This document shows positions 62,929 to 64,000 of a stretch of DNA of 64,000 bases, piece after piece. A model generated the notes under the pieces. The model made no database searches. It was given only the letters and a program-made list of their open reading frames with translations, and had not been told where the DNA came from. Both the position numbers and the translations under genes were made by a program. This stretch comes from Tortispora ganteri. Lineage: Eukaryota. Location of the stretch: positions 248,001 through 312,000 of the forward strand of contig PPNB01000009.1 of NCBI GenBank assembly GCA_003707115.1, read 5' to 3'. Every line of letters begins with the position of its first letter. Positions within the stretch are counted from its first letter, which is position 1.

Positions 62929-62955
62929 CAAACATCCAAACATCCAAACATCCAA
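62929..62955 (+). repeat. Tandem 8-mer (CAAACATC) x about 3.4
   Basis: Direct reading: caaacatc caaacatc caaacatc caa. Confidence 0.85.
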
Positions 62956-63075
62956 CCACTTACCTCCGACTCACCTACCTCAATTAGTACAACATTTTCT
63001 CCATTTCTGGCAGACTTGTGAGCTAAACACATTATATGTTACATTTATTTGCATAGTATATTAGCATAGTTGGCC

Positions 63076-64000
63076 ATGAGCTCGGAATTTCTTAATGATG
63101 ATGAAGAGAGCATGCTTCTAGGATTCGCTGAACCAGATTCAGGGTTTGCTGATGATGGTTTGATCGCGTTCGATCGATCGGAATCTGTCGACTTTATTCA
63201 ACCTGCTGTAGAACCTGCGCAAGAGATAAAGCCCCCAGAAGAAACAGGAATAGATATAGCATTAAATTCAGCAGACCAGCAACAACAAGTACTGGAACCA
63301 GATAACGAAACCCTGCAATTACCTACCGATGTTCCTAAAGACTCGGAAATACCAAATTTGACAGATACCTCCAATATACTTGATGACTCAGAAGCTAAAA
63401 AAATACCAGATCAAATAAGTGTTCCAGAACATGCCTCTACCCTCCAATCGCCAGAAATATCTGTAACGAAACTACCTGATACCACTGAAGCAGCTGAATC
63501 TTTCGACCCTACACAAAAGACTGAAACTACAGTTACAGTCGGCAAAAGTGCTTCTTCCACCCCTGCATTTATATCTGAAGGCAAGAGCGAATTACCTAGT
63601 AGAGACTCCACTATCCCCGCTAGTAAAGAGAATGAACTCGCTTTCTACCGGCAACTCATGATTTCGCAATACATCGAACGCGATCAATTACATACAGTTG
63701 CATTTCATGAAAATATATGCAGGAATATTAATTTCTTTGAAAAGAAAAGAGAAAATGCTCGTATATTGGCATCAAAGCAATCATTGAGGCAGGAACGACC
63801 TGACGAGTTTTATGGGCCTGGTTACAGTGGCTACGGCAATGGCACCACAGGAATCCGACCTCGCTTGCTGTTCCCCGACCAAAGACGTCGATCAGGCCGC
63901 AAAGCTAGGGAGTTTATATTGACAAAACAGGCTAATCAGAAAACAACAGTTGCTACAGAAACACTTGTTCCTGTTCGCATAGACCTGGATTGCGACAACG
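63076..64000 (+). CDS. SNF5: SWI/SNF subunit Snf5, 5' part (runs off the window; absent from the ORF track)
   Basis: Open frame from ATG 63076, ending ...FYGPGYSGYGNGTTG..RLLFPDQRRRSGR...ETLVPVRIDLD, the fungal Snf5 segment entering repeat 1. Confidence 0.88.
   Translation, partial: MSSEFLNDDEESMLLGFAEPDSGFADDGLIAFDRSESVDFIQPAVEPAQEIKPPEETGIDIALNSADQQQQVLEPDNETLQLPTDVPKDSEIPNLTDTSNILDDSEAKKIPDQISVPEHASTLQSPEISVTKLPDTTEAAESFDPTQKTETTVTVGKSASSTPAFISEGKSELPSRDSTIPASKENELAFYRQLMISQYIERDQLHTVAFHENICRNINFFEKKRENARILASKQSLRQERPDEFYGPGYSGYGNGTTGIRPRLLFPDQRRRSGRKAREFILTKQANQKTTVATETLVPVRIDLDCDN

Noticed and set aside
909..63611. Many 60-177 aa ORFs antisense to or nested in the real genes (e.g. 5761-6225, 36456-36989, 45301-45657)
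   Set aside because: These are shadow frames with no recognisable motifs, mostly with non-ATG starts.
1..64000. tRNA, rRNA, CRISPR arrays, transposons, U12-type introns, TPP riboswitch
   Set aside because: None recognised by eye, and all four introns are U2-type. tRNAscan-SE and Rfam were not run, so small RNAs could be missed.

Overview
This is eukaryotic, not prokaryotic, DNA: a very compact region of an ascomycete yeast chromosome. It holds about 36 protein-coding genes, nearly all single-copy housekeeping genes (RGA1, PPWD1, PEX1, MCM7, RTF2, U2AF1, MRPL27, COG3, SHM2, RNA14, eIF3k, HIT1, PML1, HNM1, DPL1, MRP49, GET2, ATE1, RPB3, DIC1, a FlbD-like Myb, POL1, ATG15, SIP5, PDS5, RCO1, CDB4, SEC6, partial SNF5). 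Yeast-type TACTAAC introns, CTG at conserved Leu positions, and retention of genes S. cerevisiae lacks (U2AF1, eIF3k, RTF2, PPWD1) suggest an early-branching Saccharomycotina yeast using the standard code (inference). I resolved four introns that the ORF track misses: one in DPL1, two in DIC1 around a 14-nt microexon, and one in CDB4. I saw no tRNA, rRNA, transposon or CRISPR. I cannot demonstrate a wholly new system from sequence alone. The best leads are: (i) a 3.8-kb gene-free interval with a telomerase-RNA-like arrangement (TAACCCTAA, upstream hairpin, Sm-like site); (ii) a U2AF1 with substitutions at its splice-site-reading residues, alongside introns lacking a pyrimidine tract and one AAG acceptor; (iii) a perfect 12-bp hairpin in the CDB4/Ebp1 intron; (iv) CTD-mimic-like YEPT repeats in Rna14; (v) extreme compaction, with overlapping convergent CDSs and a 57-bp bidirectional promoter; (vi) a possible unannotated structured ncRNA at about 58.1-58.4 kb. 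All gene names come from my recognition of motifs, not from database searches.
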